Assembly: GCA_903893565.1 (NCBI GenBank)
Contig: CAITMU010000068.1
Location: forward strand, 58,066 to 122,065
DNA from: an uncultured beta proteobacterium
GTDB lineage: Bacteria > Pseudomonadota > Gammaproteobacteria > Burkholderiales > SG8-41
DNA: 64,000 nt
Direction: 5' to 3'
How positions within the stretch are numbered: the stretch's first letter is position 1; each line of letters starts with the position of its first letter. Made by a program: the position numbers and the translations under genes. The notes beneath the pieces are model-generated. The model saw only the letters and a list, made by a program, of their open reading frames with translations. It had not been told where the DNA came from and ran no database searches. Below are positions 9,250-19,133 of the stretch, in pieces.

Positions 9250-9331
9250 AATGAGCGCGAGCCCTGTAAAAAAAAGGGCCACAACGCCAATGTGCGGAAA
9301 ATAAGAAAAACGCTCGTGAGGAGATCTGCCC

Positions 9332-10318
9332 GTGAGACGAAACAATCTACCATGGACTATGGTCCTATGGGTCGTATTAGTCGTGAGTTTCGAATTTTTT
9401 GATCGCGACGCGCAATCGCAATCGTATCCTTCGCGTCCGTTACGTTTGGTCGTGCCCTATCCTCCCAGTGGGGCGAACGATACAATCGCACGCTTGATAG
9501 GGCCCAAAGTCTCACAAACATTGGGTCAATCTTTGGTGATTGATAATCGCGGTGGTGCCAATACCATTATTGGAACGGAGTTGGTGGCCAAGGCTGATCC
9601 CGATGGTTACACGCTACTTATCGTGGCGGCTGGTCATACGGTCAATCCTGCGTTATATCCAAAGCTGCCTTACAACACCGAGAAAGACTTCACCGAAGTA
9701 GTGTTGATAGGTGATGGTGCTTACGTATTAGTCACTCACCCCAATTCAGGCTTTAATAGTCTGAGTGAATTAATTGCGATAGCAAAAGCAAAACCCGGTG
9801 AGCTTCTCTATGCCTCCTCGAGCATTGGTAATTTGACCCATCTTGCGGCAGAGCTCTTTAATTCAATGGCCGGTATTAAAATGTTGCATGTGCCCTATAA
9901 AGGGGGCGGGCCCGCCATGCTGGATGTTTTGGGCGGTAGAATCCCCATTTATTTTTCTACCGTGGCGGTGGCCAGACCGCAAATTTATTCAGGTAAAGTT
10001 AAAGCGCTCGGTGTGACGACCGCCCATCGCAGTGCGGCGCTTCCTAATGTTCCAACGATTAATGAGGCGGGCTTGCCAGGCTACGAATTAAGTGGTTGGT
10101 ATGGAATTGTGGCCCCCGCGAAAACGCCGCCTCTCATGATCGAGATATTAAATCAGCGCATCCGAGATGTTTTGCGTCAAAGTGCTATCAAAGACAAACT
10201 GATGGATTCCGGTGTTGAGGCCACCGATCAACCGGCTGCTTTTTTTGCCAAACGGATTCACGCAGAATTATTAAAATGGGAAAAAGTTCTCAAACCGTTA
10301 GCGATAAAACCAGAGTAA
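9332..10318 (+). CDS. Bug/TctC-family substrate-binding protein
   Basis: GTG start with GAGGAG 8 nt upstream. Motifs YPSRPLRLVVPYPPSGANDTIAR, PDGYTLL, LLYASSSIGNLTHL, VPYKGGGP and SGWYGIVAP. Confidence 0.85.
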   Translation: MRRNNLPWTMVLWVVLVVSFEFFDRDAQSQSYPSRPLRLVVPYPPSGANDTIARLIGPKVSQTLGQSLVIDNRGGANTIIGTELVAKADPDGYTLLIVAAGHTVNPALYPKLPYNTEKDFTEVVLIGDGAYVLVTHPNSGFNSLSELIAIAKAKPGELLYASSSIGNLTHLAAELFNSMAGIKMLHVPYKGGGPAMLDVLGGRIPIYFSTVAVARPQIYSGKVKALGVTTAHRSAALPNVPTINEAGLPGYELSGWYGIVAPAKTPPLMIEILNQRIRDVLRQSAIKDKLMDSGVEATDQPAAFFAKRIHAELLKWEKVLKPLAIKPE

Positions 10319-10371
10319 GCTCAAAGCTTATTATTTAAATAATAACCCCAACGTTTTTTAGAAAGAACCCC

Positions 10372-11595
10372 TTGTCGAGCATTTCCGCTTCTTCACCGGA
10401 GCGACATAAATTAATTCAGTTGTTGGGAGTGTCCGCGTTTATCGTGGCAGGGGGTATCCATTATCAAATGCCCATGTTGGCCATGATTGCGGCCGATTTG
10501 CATGCTGATGCTGCTGCTATTGGCTGGATTCCCACCTTATCGTTTGGCGGTATGCTGTTGGGGGCTATTTTTTTGGTTCCTTTAGGGGACCGAGTCGATA
10601 AACATCGACTGGTGATGTATAAGATCGTGATACTTACTTTGGCTCAAGCCACGATGATCGTAGCCCCTAATGTGACGGTGTTAGCCCTGGCTAGTTTGGT
10701 GTCGGGTATTTGTTCTTCTTTATCGCAGAGTTTTATTTCAATCACTGCTGAAATGGCGGATCCGAATCATCGTGGGCGAGCCCTAGGAACGCAATTGACT
10801 GCTATGTTCACGGGTTTGATGTTTGCCCGATTGGTTGGCGGTATCATTGCGACGCATTGGGGTTGGCGCTACACCTATGTCTTTTCTACAGGGCTACTTT
10901 TGTGTATCACCCCTGTTTTGTGGTCACACTTGCCCCATACCCGACCCACCACTCGGCAACCGTACTGGGCCTTGATCGGTTCTTTGTGGACATTGTTCCG
11001 TGTGCAAGGAGGCATACGTCGCGCAGCAGCGATTCAATTTTTGTTTGGAATTTGTTACGGCGGATTTTGGGCGGTGGCCTCCCCTATGCTGTTATTGATC
11101 CACGGTGTCGGGGCGGCTACCGCCGGATTAATGGGTATTCCCGGTGCTGCGGGGATAAGTGTTACTCGCTTTGCTGGTCGTTGGACCGATCGGGTAGGTT
11201 TAAAGCCCGTGGTTTTTACGGGAATCGTCTCTATGCTCGCCGCTTGGGTAGTCATGGCGTTTGGTATTTGGTCAATTATTGCGCTCGTGCTAGGGGCGAT
11301 ATTGCTCGATTGTGGTTTAAGAATTTCTATGGTGGCTAATCAGACCTTGGTTAATTCTGCAGTACCGCTGGCGAGATCCCGTGCGAATACTATTTTTGGA
11401 GCGCATGTCTGGTGCGGTAATGCCGTGGGTGCTTTTTTAACGAGCCTAGCTTTCGCGCAATGGGGCTGGCTTGCGGTATGTATGGTAGCGATGAGTGCTA
11501 TTGTGATGGCCATGTTGATCCATCTGGGTGTATTGCCCATCGGAATAGAACAAAAAATATTAAAGCAAGATGAAGCACCGCATAACGAGAGTTAG
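10372..11595 (+). CDS. MFS transporter
   Basis: About 12 predicted hydrophobic helices, with an MFS loop 2-3 motif (PLGDRVDKHRLV) and FAGRWTDRVG between helices 8 and 9. The start is a TTG and is uncertain. Confidence 0.75.
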   Translation: MSSISASSPERHKLIQLLGVSAFIVAGGIHYQMPMLAMIAADLHADAAAIGWIPTLSFGGMLLGAIFLVPLGDRVDKHRLVMYKIVILTLAQATMIVAPNVTVLALASLVSGICSSLSQSFISITAEMADPNHRGRALGTQLTAMFTGLMFARLVGGIIATHWGWRYTYVFSTGLLLCITPVLWSHLPHTRPTTRQPYWALIGSLWTLFRVQGGIRRAAAIQFLFGICYGGFWAVASPMLLLIHGVGAATAGLMGIPGAAGISVTRFAGRWTDRVGLKPVVFTGIVSMLAAWVVMAFGIWSIIALVLGAILLDCGLRISMVANQTLVNSAVPLARSRANTIFGAHVWCGNAVGAFLTSLAFAQWGWLAVCMVAMSAIVMAMLIHLGVLPIGIEQKILKQDEAPHNES

Positions 11596-11655
11596 CGGTT
11601 TTTAAAGATTTCAGAGCGCTGACGGGAACCCTACGCAGAGCCGGGTTTAAGTGTT

Positions 11656-12345
11656 CTACACGGGGTCGAGGCCCCGGGCCTTGAACACTTCTTTTGCTTC
11701 AGTTGAGCGCAAAAAGTGGATGAATTGCTGGGCAAGTGTTGCCATTTTGGTTTGCTTAAAAAGCGCGGCTGTAGTGGTTGCGATATTTTGAATCTCTGCT
11801 GGGAGTGGTCCGGCATAATCGATACCCTTGACGGCTAAAATTTCAGGCACTTGTTGAACCGCTATTTGCGCCTCACCGGAAACGACCAATTCCGCAATGA
11901 GTCCTCCTGAGCGAGTTTTAGCTTTGGCTTGAACAAGCTCCTTAAGCCCGAGTTTTTCAATTAACTGAGCAAAATAAATGCCGCTAGCGCCATCCGTGGT
12001 GTAGCAAATAGAGGATGCTGTTGTGAGCATTTGTTTGAAAGCTTCGACACTACTTAAATCGGGCTTTGGGCTGCCGGCTAGAATGCCCACACCGATGCCA
12101 TTGCGGGTTAATGCTTGGCGAGTCTGCCCCTCTAGGAAACCTAAAGTGACGGCCTGATCAATGCCTGTGGAACCTAAAATGGCCATATCCGCCATTTGAC
12201 CGGCTTGCATGTCGCGTAAAACGACTTGCGCTGGATTAAAGAGCATCTGTAATTGGCATTGATGTTCTTTTTCAAAAAGGGGAATGAGCACATTGAGTGA
12301 AGCGGACATCCCATTGCCACAATACACTTTTAATTGAGTTTTCAT
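11656..12345 (-). CDS. ModA/SBP_bac_11-like substrate-binding domain protein without a signal peptide
   Basis: ATG at 12345 (MKTQLKVYCGNGM...). The periplasmic-binding-protein type 2 pattern resembles molybdate/tungstate-like binders (YTTDGASGIYFAQLIEKLGL, SGEAQIAVQQVPE). No N-terminal hydrophobic leader is present. Confidence 0.55.
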   Translation of the reverse strand: MKTQLKVYCGNGMSASLNVLIPLFEKEHQCQLQMLFNPAQVVLRDMQAGQMADMAILGSTGIDQAVTLGFLEGQTRQALTRNGIGVGILAGSPKPDLSSVEAFKQMLTTASSICYTTDGASGIYFAQLIEKLGLKELVQAKAKTRSGGLIAELVVSGEAQIAVQQVPEILAVKGIDYAGPLPAEIQNIATTTAALFKQTKMATLAQQFIHFLRSTEAKEVFKARGLDPV

Positions 12346-12737
12346 TCTAATCCTAACTCTGTAAAGACTTCTGTTGCAATTCGGAAGCTCTCTTCGGCCG
12401 CACTGACTCCACAATAAACAAGGGTCTGAATGAAAACCTCAGTAATCTCTTCTCGTGTCAGTCCGTTGTGTAGGGCTGCATGAATATGAAGTTTTAATTC
12501 TTCAGGACGATTTAATGCAGTGAGCATCGCCAAATTGGCAATGCTGCGGCTTTTGCGGGCTAATCCAGGGCGAGCCCATATTTTACTCCAGACGTATTCG
12601 GCTAATTGTGTTTTGGGTAGGGATAGATGATCAAATTCATAGGAGGCTTTGACGTGGTCTGCCCCCAAGACTTCTTTTCTGACCTGTTGGCCCATTGCGA
12701 GAGTTTCGGCGTCTAGTAATGAGGTCGGTGCGTTCAT
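12342..12737 (-). CDS. Carboxymuconolactone decarboxylase (CMD/AhpD-like) family protein
   Basis: WARPGLARKSRSIANLAMLTALNRPEELKLHIHAALHNGLTREEITEVFIQTLVYCGV is the classic gamma-CMD (PcaC-like) pattern. An ATGA overlap links it to the downstream gene. Confidence 0.75.
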   Translation of the reverse strand: MNAPTSLLDAETLAMGQQVRKEVLGADHVKASYEFDHLSLPKTQLAEYVWSKIWARPGLARKSRSIANLAMLTALNRPEELKLHIHAALHNGLTREEITEVFIQTLVYCGVSAAEESFRIATEVFTELGLE

Positions 12738-13135
12738 CGTTTTTCCTCGCTGACGGTCTGACTGTCGTGCTCAGCAAAAACTTCTCTCATACAGCGAAAC
12801 GCCTGTACCGCAGCCGGTGAGCCACAATACACGTTAGCGTGTAGTAAGGTTTCCATAATTTGTTCTCGAGTCACCCCGTTATTTAACGCGGCCGATAGAT
12901 GCGTTTTTAATTCATGAGGACGGTTTAAAGCGGTGAGCATGCCAATGGTGAGTAAACAGCGTGTTTGGGTTTCTAGGCCAGGGCGTGACCATACCGCCCC
13001 CCAAACATATTCGTTAACGATTTGTTGAAATGGGGCCTGTAAAGGGTCCATTTGAGAATAGGTATTTTCAACTGACGTGTGGCCTAGAACTTCTTTGCGG
13101 CGTGCCAATCCAAGATCGTGTAATTCAGAGTTCAT
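12734..13135 (-). CDS. Carboxymuconolactone decarboxylase (CMD/AhpD-like) family protein
   Basis: ATG at 13135. WSRPGLETQTRCLLTIGMLTALNRPHELKTHLSAALNNGVTREQIMETLLHANVYCG identifies it as a paralogue of the adjacent CMD gene. The two genes overlap by 4 nt. Confidence 0.75.
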   Translation of the reverse strand: MNSELHDLGLARRKEVLGHTSVENTYSQMDPLQAPFQQIVNEYVWGAVWSRPGLETQTRCLLTIGMLTALNRPHELKTHLSAALNNGVTREQIMETLLHANVYCGSPAAVQAFRCMREVFAEHDSQTVSEEKR

Positions 13136-13395
13136 TAGGGTCTCCCGGAAAAATAACATTTTTTAATAAAAGCACTTCAGTGTAATCTTGATCGAAGACT
13201 GAAGCATTAAAAAATATTTTCTTACCGTACATTAATTCATTACCTTTACATAAACGCTTCTGCCTAGAAAGACAAAAGGTGGGGTTAGGTAAATGAGACC
13301 TTCATATTTTTTATTCAACATTTGCGAAGGACTTAAGGAATGTGTAATGATACTTAACCGCCCCTTTTATTTTTGGATGACTTAATCATAATCAG

Positions 13396-14778
13396 ATGAG
13401 TAAAGCGCCTTCTATTTCTTCGGTGATTGCCGATTTTATCTATCAGACCGATTGTATCGATATACCGCAAAGCGTCAAAGATTGGACGAAGACGCTTTTT
13501 CTCGATGCGGTGGGTAACGCGTATGCCTCCAGTGATTTTGATTTTGCTCAAAGTGGGCTTGAGGCTTTGAGTGCCTTAGGTACGGGCCCTAGCTGTGTGA
13601 TCGGCAATTCGACACGCTTGAGCGCGCGCGATGCGGTATTAATGAACGGCACACTCATTCATGGCCTTGATTATGATGACACCTATTTACCCGGTGCGAC
13701 CCACTTAGGGGCTAGTTGTTTCCCAACGGCATTGGCTTTGACAGAACAGTTGGGGGGAAATGGGGTTGATTTTTTAACCGCTTCCATACTGGGGATGGAA
13801 GTGGGTACGCGTCTTGGAAGGGCGAGCAAAGGCGCCTTTTTAAAAGGGGGATTTCATCCTACGAGCCTTTTAGGCATTTTTGCCAGTACCGCGGTAGCGG
13901 GTCGTCTGATGCATTTAAATGCGTCGCAATTAGTGATGGCGCAAGGCATTGCCCTGAGTGGTGCCTCCGGGAACATGCAGCCAACGCAGGAAGGCGCTTG
14001 GGCAAAACGACTGCATGCAGGGTTGGCTGGAGCCGGTGCCATTACCGCCGTGACGTTGGCGCAAAAAGGTTTTACGGGCCCTATGCAGGTGTATGAGGGG
14101 CGTTATGGCCTTTTTCCGTGTTATTTGGGCGTTCATGCAGGGGAGGCTGATATGGCATCAATCACCCAGGCCTTGGGAGTGCATTGGGAAGTGATGAGAA
14201 CGTCAGTCAAACTCTACCCGGCTTGTTATCAATCGCATGCTTTCATGAATGCCGCACTAGAGATACGTCAGCAGGAAGATTTTGTTATTGAAGATATTGT
14301 GAGTATTAAAACGCTGATTGCCAAGACGGCAGTAGCATTGGTGTGCGAACCCCAAGCGGCGAAACAAAAACCGAATACCAGTTATGCCGCCTCTTTTAGT
14401 TTGCCTTATGCGATGGCCTGTTGTTTTATTCGTGGTCGCTTTGGGTTAGCGGAAACCGAGCCAGAAGCCTTTACCGATCCATCGCTTTTAGCGCTGGCCC
14501 AAAAGGTGAGTTACGAGGTGGATCCGAATTCAGGTTTCCCTCATTTTCGTTCGGGCGAAGTGATTGTGGTTCTGAGGGATGGGCGGGTATTGTCTAGGCG
14601 AAAGGAGATTTTGCCGGATGAGCGTGTCTCTCAGGCGGCTGTGGTGGAGAAATTCCTGGTGAATGTGGCTAAAGCAATGAATGAAAAAAAGGCCAATCAG
14701 ATTAAAGAGACGATTTTAAACATCGATCAATTAACCGATATTCGTGATTTAACCCAGATGCTGGCTCAGGACGTATGA
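13396..14778 (+). CDS. MmgE/PrpD family protein (2-methylcitrate dehydratase-like)
   Basis: 460 aa. The N-terminal VIADFIYQT..IPQSVKDWTKTLFLDAVGNAYAS, then GLDYDDTY and HP(T/S) patterns, are typical of the PrpD fold. Confidence 0.8.
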   Translation: MSKAPSISSVIADFIYQTDCIDIPQSVKDWTKTLFLDAVGNAYASSDFDFAQSGLEALSALGTGPSCVIGNSTRLSARDAVLMNGTLIHGLDYDDTYLPGATHLGASCFPTALALTEQLGGNGVDFLTASILGMEVGTRLGRASKGAFLKGGFHPTSLLGIFASTAVAGRLMHLNASQLVMAQGIALSGASGNMQPTQEGAWAKRLHAGLAGAGAITAVTLAQKGFTGPMQVYEGRYGLFPCYLGVHAGEADMASITQALGVHWEVMRTSVKLYPACYQSHAFMNAALEIRQQEDFVIEDIVSIKTLIAKTAVALVCEPQAAKQKPNTSYAASFSLPYAMACCFIRGRFGLAETEPEAFTDPSLLALAQKVSYEVDPNSGFPHFRSGEVIVVLRDGRVLSRRKEILPDERVSQAAVVEKFLVNVAKAMNEKKANQIKETILNIDQLTDIRDLTQMLAQDV

Positions 14779-15746
14779 GCCAGAGGGGGATACCGGTTTG
14801 TGTTCTATTGATGTTGTTGCTGAGTCGATGGTGCTTCGCACTGCCTCCATCCTACCCTGTTAAAGCCGTTAGAGTCGTGGTGCCTGCGGCCACCGGTGGA
14901 GCGACCGATGTGGTCGCCCGTTTAATGTGTTCCGCCTTAACCCATTCGATGGGCTATCCCTTTGTAGTGGATAACCGAGCCGGAGCTGGTGGGATGTTGG
15001 GAACCGATATCGTAGCTAAGTCTGCGCCAGATGGAGATAGCCTTTTGTTTGCCTATGCCGGACATACCGTATTGCTATTTTTATATAAAAAAGTTCCCTA
15101 TGATGTGAAACGAGATTTTATACCGATTACTCTCGTGGCATCCCAAGCGCTATTGTTGGTGACAACTCCCCAGTGGAAAGTGAATCGCGTTGACGAGTTA
15201 GTGGGGTTACTCAAGGCCCGACCCGGTCAGTGGAATGCAGCCTTACCGACAACGACCGGTGCAGCCGCCTTGGCAATGGAAATGTTTCGCTTAGCCACTC
15301 GTACCCAGTTTACCAGCGTTGATTTTAAAGGTGGTGCGCCAGCGTTGGCTGCTTTGCTGTAGGGCGATGTTCAGCTGCTATTTACAACCCCGCCGGTGGC
15401 GATTCCTTTTTTGCGAAGTGAAAAGTTAACGGTGCTAGCTACCTCGAGTGCTAAACGGCTCAATTATTTGCCTGAAGTGGCAACCCTTATTGAATCCGGC
15501 TTGGTAGATTTTGAGGTAGAACCCTGGCAGGGTATTCTGGCCCCGACTGGCACCCCGAATCAAATTATTGAGAGAATTCAATTCGAAGTGCACGCACTGC
15601 TTCAGTTAAGCGCTATCCGTGATCGACTCAAGGGCATGGGTAGTGATCCTGTGGGAAGCTCATCAGCTGAATTTAATCGAAAAATAAAGATTGAGTTGGA
15701 GCAAAACCAAAAATTAATTCATTTATTAGGTTTAACCCTCGATTAA
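14775..15746 (+). pseudogene. Bug/TctC-family gene interrupted by an in-frame TAG (15360-15362)
   Basis: ORFs 14775-15362 and 15396-15746 share a frame. The TAG sits where paralogues have S/G/A in ..ALL[S]GEVQ... Other family motifs are eroded (SVDFKGG instead of VPYKGG; no GxGxxxHL). Confidence 0.7.
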
Positions 15747-15786
15747 AAACACAAAGTCCCCACTAACCCTTTTGGGCGAATCTTAA

Positions 15787-16764
15787 TTACTCGGGCTTAA
15801 TGCCTGCGGCCTGAATGACTTTTCCCCATTTATTGATTTCTGAGCGGATAAAATCCGTGAATTGAGAGGGCGTACAGGTCACCACTTGTAAGCCGGCAGC
15901 TGCCAGTCGATCTTTGACGCTGGTTTCATTGAGTGCACGAAGACTTTCCGTATGAAGCCGCTCAATCACCGCAGGGGGAGTTTTTGCCGGAGCCAACAGA
16001 CCTTGCCAGTCAGTAACTTCGAAACCCGCAAGCCCACTCTCGTCAATCGTTGGTATGTCGGGAGCGGCTACGGAGCGTTTTTTTCCGCCGACTCCGATGG
16101 GACGCAGTTTGGCTTGTTTGACGAAGGGCAACGATGAGGGCATGCTAGAAAAAGACAGTGAGACTTGACCAGAAATTAAGTCAATGATCGCGGGGCCACC
16201 GCCTTTATAGGGTAAGTGAACGAGTTGAACGTGAGCCATTTGATTAAATAATTCACCGGCCAAATGCGGTGCATTTCCAGTGCCGCTCGAAGCGAAAATT
16301 AATTTACCAGGCAAAGTTTTCGCCTTGGCAATGAATTCTTTCACATTATGTACCGGTAAGGACGGATGCACGACCAATAGGTTTTCTACATTACCGGTTA
16401 AGCTAATCGGTGAAAAATCATGGAGTGAGTCATAGGGAACCTTTTTAAAAAGATATTGATTCACTGAAAGTGCGCCAATGGTGCCCATTGTGAGCAAATA
16501 GCCATCAGCGGGAGCACGTGCAACCGCGTCGTTTCCAATCATGCCGCTAGCCCCGGGGCGATTTTCTACGATGAATTGTTGATTAAAAGCCTCGCCTAAT
16601 TTTGCTCCTAGAACCCGAGCGGTTAGGTCGGTGCTACCACCCGGGGGAAAAGGCACGATGATACGAACTGGTTTTGAGGGATAGGATTGTGCTAGGACGA
16701 GGGACTCTGACAAGGCTAGGATCCCGCAGACACAGGCCACGATAAAGAAACAACGAAAGCGCAT
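15787..16764 (-). CDS. Bug/TctC-family substrate-binding protein
   Basis: Motifs YPSKPVRIIVPFPPGGSTDLTAR, ADGYLL, LIFASSGTGNAPHL, LPYKGGGP and TDWQGLLAP. Confidence 0.85.
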   Translation of the reverse strand: MRFRCFFIVACVCGILALSESLVLAQSYPSKPVRIIVPFPPGGSTDLTARVLGAKLGEAFNQQFIVENRPGASGMIGNDAVARAPADGYLLTMGTIGALSVNQYLFKKVPYDSLHDFSPISLTGNVENLLVVHPSLPVHNVKEFIAKAKTLPGKLIFASSGTGNAPHLAGELFNQMAHVQLVHLPYKGGGPAIIDLISGQVSLSFSSMPSSLPFVKQAKLRPIGVGGKKRSVAAPDIPTIDESGLAGFEVTDWQGLLAPAKTPPAVIERLHTESLRALNETSVKDRLAAAGLQVVTCTPSQFTDFIRSEINKWGKVIQAAGIKPE

Positions 16765-16875
16765 GATAATTCCTTCAGAGGAGGTGATTTGAAAGATGTT
16801 AGGTAAGCTATACTCAAGAATGCATTAATAGATTAGAGTTTGCATTATTTAGTAAAAAAAACAAGGAAAATATCG

Positions 16876-18216
16876 ATGCTCGATTGGATCAATCCAAATC
16901 AAATATCATTTGATGCTTGTGTGGAAAATTTTTTGCATCAGCGAGATACGCCAAGAAAATTTTTAGAGCGTTGCTTGGAGGTCATCGACAAAAAAGAGCC
17001 CAAGGTCAAAGCGTTTGTCTATTTAAATCTTCCTGCCGCCCGGCGGGCAGCTGACCAATCGACAAAACGTTATCGTGCGGGTAAGCCCCTGTCCGTGGTA
17101 GACGGTTGCCCTATTGCGATTAAGGACATTATTTCGACCCAAGATATGCCTACTCAAATGAACAATCCGGTGTTCAAGGGTTGGCAGTCTGGGCAAGATG
17201 CCGCCTGTGTGGCAGCTTTACGTCAAGGCGGTGCGGTGATGCTAGGCAAATCGGTAACGACTGAATTTGCTATCGGTTATTCCGGTCCCACCACGAATCC
17301 GTTTGATGCGAGCCGCACCCCTGGGGGTTCGTCCAGTGGCAGTGCCGCGGCGGTGGGGTCCGGGATGGTGCCAGTCGCGCTCGGGACACAAACACAAGCC
17401 TCCACCTTGCGTCCTGCTTCTTACTGCGGTGCGGTGGGTTATAAAAGTAGTTGGGGACAGTTTCATATGGGAGGTATTCATCCCTTGTCAGCCACGGCGG
17501 ACCATTTAGGCATTATTGGTGCAACACTGGGTGATGTTTGGCGCGTGGCTTCCCAGATTTCGCTCGGTATCGGTAGCCCAGGCCAGCCCTTTTTACGCGA
17601 GGCGGGAGCGAAGCTACCGGCAGCAAGAAAGCCTAAAAAGTTGGTCCGTCTTTACACGCATGGATGGGGTGAAATTGACCCTCATACGGAGGAGGCTTTT
17701 GAATCCGCGGTGGAAGTATTAGCTAAACGTGGCGTTAAAATTGTGAGTCGTCATTCTCATGTTGGCATTGCACGACTAGAAGAGCGGTTGATGCAGTCGG
17801 TTGCACAATCCCTTGATATTGTGGCCTATGAGCTTCGTTGGCCTTATCAAGATTATATCGCGCAACATGGAAAATTGATTGGCGAACGGTTACGAGGTTT
17901 GGTCAAAAAGGCGCAACAAATGACACCCAAAGACTACGAGGCTTTGTTGCAGACTCGAGAAACATTGCGCAAGCTTTGGGCTGAGGTGTTAGGGGATGCC
18001 GACGGGTGTCTTTCGTTAGCCGCCTCGGGACCGGCACCCCGAGGTTTAGAATATACCGGTAGCAGAAGCTTTTTGGTGTATGCCTCTTGGCTGGGTTTGC
18101 CGGCATTTAGTTTGCCGGTGATGCAATCGCAGGGCTTGCCTTTAGGGTTGCAGCTAATCGGGCAGCCCGGTGTTGATGCAAGTTTGGCGGCTGTTGCCCA
18201 TTGGGTCATGCAGTAG
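16876..18216 (+). CDS. Amidase (amidase-signature family)
   Basis: ATG at 16876 with AAGGAA upstream. The AS signature GGSSSGSAAAVGSG and the upstream KD..ST/T motifs are present. Confidence 0.8.
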   Translation: MLDWINPNQISFDACVENFLHQRDTPRKFLERCLEVIDKKEPKVKAFVYLNLPAARRAADQSTKRYRAGKPLSVVDGCPIAIKDIISTQDMPTQMNNPVFKGWQSGQDAACVAALRQGGAVMLGKSVTTEFAIGYSGPTTNPFDASRTPGGSSSGSAAAVGSGMVPVALGTQTQASTLRPASYCGAVGYKSSWGQFHMGGIHPLSATADHLGIIGATLGDVWRVASQISLGIGSPGQPFLREAGAKLPAARKPKKLVRLYTHGWGEIDPHTEEAFESAVEVLAKRGVKIVSRHSHVGIARLEERLMQSVAQSLDIVAYELRWPYQDYIAQHGKLIGERLRGLVKKAQQMTPKDYEALLQTRETLRKLWAEVLGDADGCLSLAASGPAPRGLEYTGSRSFLVYASWLGLPAFSLPVMQSQGLPLGLQLIGQPGVDASLAAVAHWVMQ

Positions 18217-18250
18217 GGTGAGGTTGGCCCAATTTTTTTAAGCCTCACCC
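18216..18250. terminator. Weak hairpin between the convergent amidase and FAH genes
   Basis: gggtgagg (18216-18223) pairs with cctcaccc (18243-18250). The loop is large (19 nt) and contains a T7 run. This is a structural call only. Confidence 0.3.
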
Positions 18251-18311
18251 TGAGCCAAGTCAGCCCTCACGGGCCCCAATGGGATGGACTCTGCGTTTGC
18301 GCGTTCGAAGG

Positions 18312-19097
18312 CTAAGAAAGCCTGACGATGGGGTTACTTAAGGTGCCAATGTCTTTTTGTACGATATCGCAAACCATCCCATGTTGAAGGTCGGGAATGG
18401 TGGCGTTGTCAACCCCAGTCCAGATGACGTCGCCTGGCATCAAGGTAATGTATTGGGTAATTTTTTCGATATAGTGCTGTAATGAAAAGATCATTTTACT
18501 GGTTGAGTAGGACGATACCGCTTGTCCGTCAAGATACGTTTCGATGGTGAGATTCATGGGATCTAAGTTCGTCACAATAAAGGGGCCCATGGGTTTCCAA
18601 GTATCACAGTTTTTGGCGCGCCATAATGTGCGATCCGATTTTTGCCATCCACGATCACTCACATCATTGCCCAATGTATAGCCTAAGACGCAAGAAAGCG
18701 CATTCGCCTCGGTGAGGTGCTTTGCTTTTTTCCCGATGACTGCGACTAATTCCCCTTCATATTGCACCGGACCGGGAGCATCCGCAGGAATGATAATGGG
18801 TTGCCCTGTAGCGCTAAGGGCGTTTTGCGAGCGATAACCAATGTCGGCTTTTGAGGGCGGCTTGGTTTGTGTCCCTTTACGTTGGTTGCCCCATTCAATA
18901 TGGGCGAGATAGTTGATGCCAGCACAATAAAAATTCGTGGGCTCGCACGGCACGAGCGTTTTCAGTGATGACAAAGCGTGGGTCAGAGAAGTCGTTTGAT
19001 AGGAATCAAAAATAGAGCCAGAAAGCTCTGTGACTTCTTGATCTTTCACGATGCCGAAAAAAATGCGACCTTGATACTCAAATCGTCCATATTTCAT
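18312..19097 (-). CDS. Fumarylacetoacetate hydrolase (FAH) family protein
   Basis: YEGELVAVIGKKAKHL, NDVSDR and PGDVIWTG motifs of the FAH / 2-keto-4-pentenoate hydratase-like fold. Confidence 0.8.
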   Translation of the reverse strand: MKYGRFEYQGRIFFGIVKDQEVTELSGSIFDSYQTTSLTHALSSLKTLVPCEPTNFYCAGINYLAHIEWGNQRKGTQTKPPSKADIGYRSQNALSATGQPIIIPADAPGPVQYEGELVAVIGKKAKHLTEANALSCVLGYTLGNDVSDRGWQKSDRTLWRAKNCDTWKPMGPFIVTNLDPMNLTIETYLDGQAVSSYSTSKMIFSLQHYIEKITQYITLMPGDVIWTGVDNATIPDLQHGMVCDIVQKDIGTLSNPIVRLS

Positions 19098-19133
19098 TGT
19101 GGATATCCTTAGTGGAAAGTGTGATGATGGATG

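Noticed and set aside
15360-15362. In-frame TAG in the Bug paralogue as possible pyrrolysine or programmed read-through
   Set aside because: There is no Pyl context: the organism is a betaproteobacterium, no pyl genes are in view and no PYLIS-like structure was noticed. The gene shows additional motif decay, so a nonsense pseudogene is the simpler explanation.
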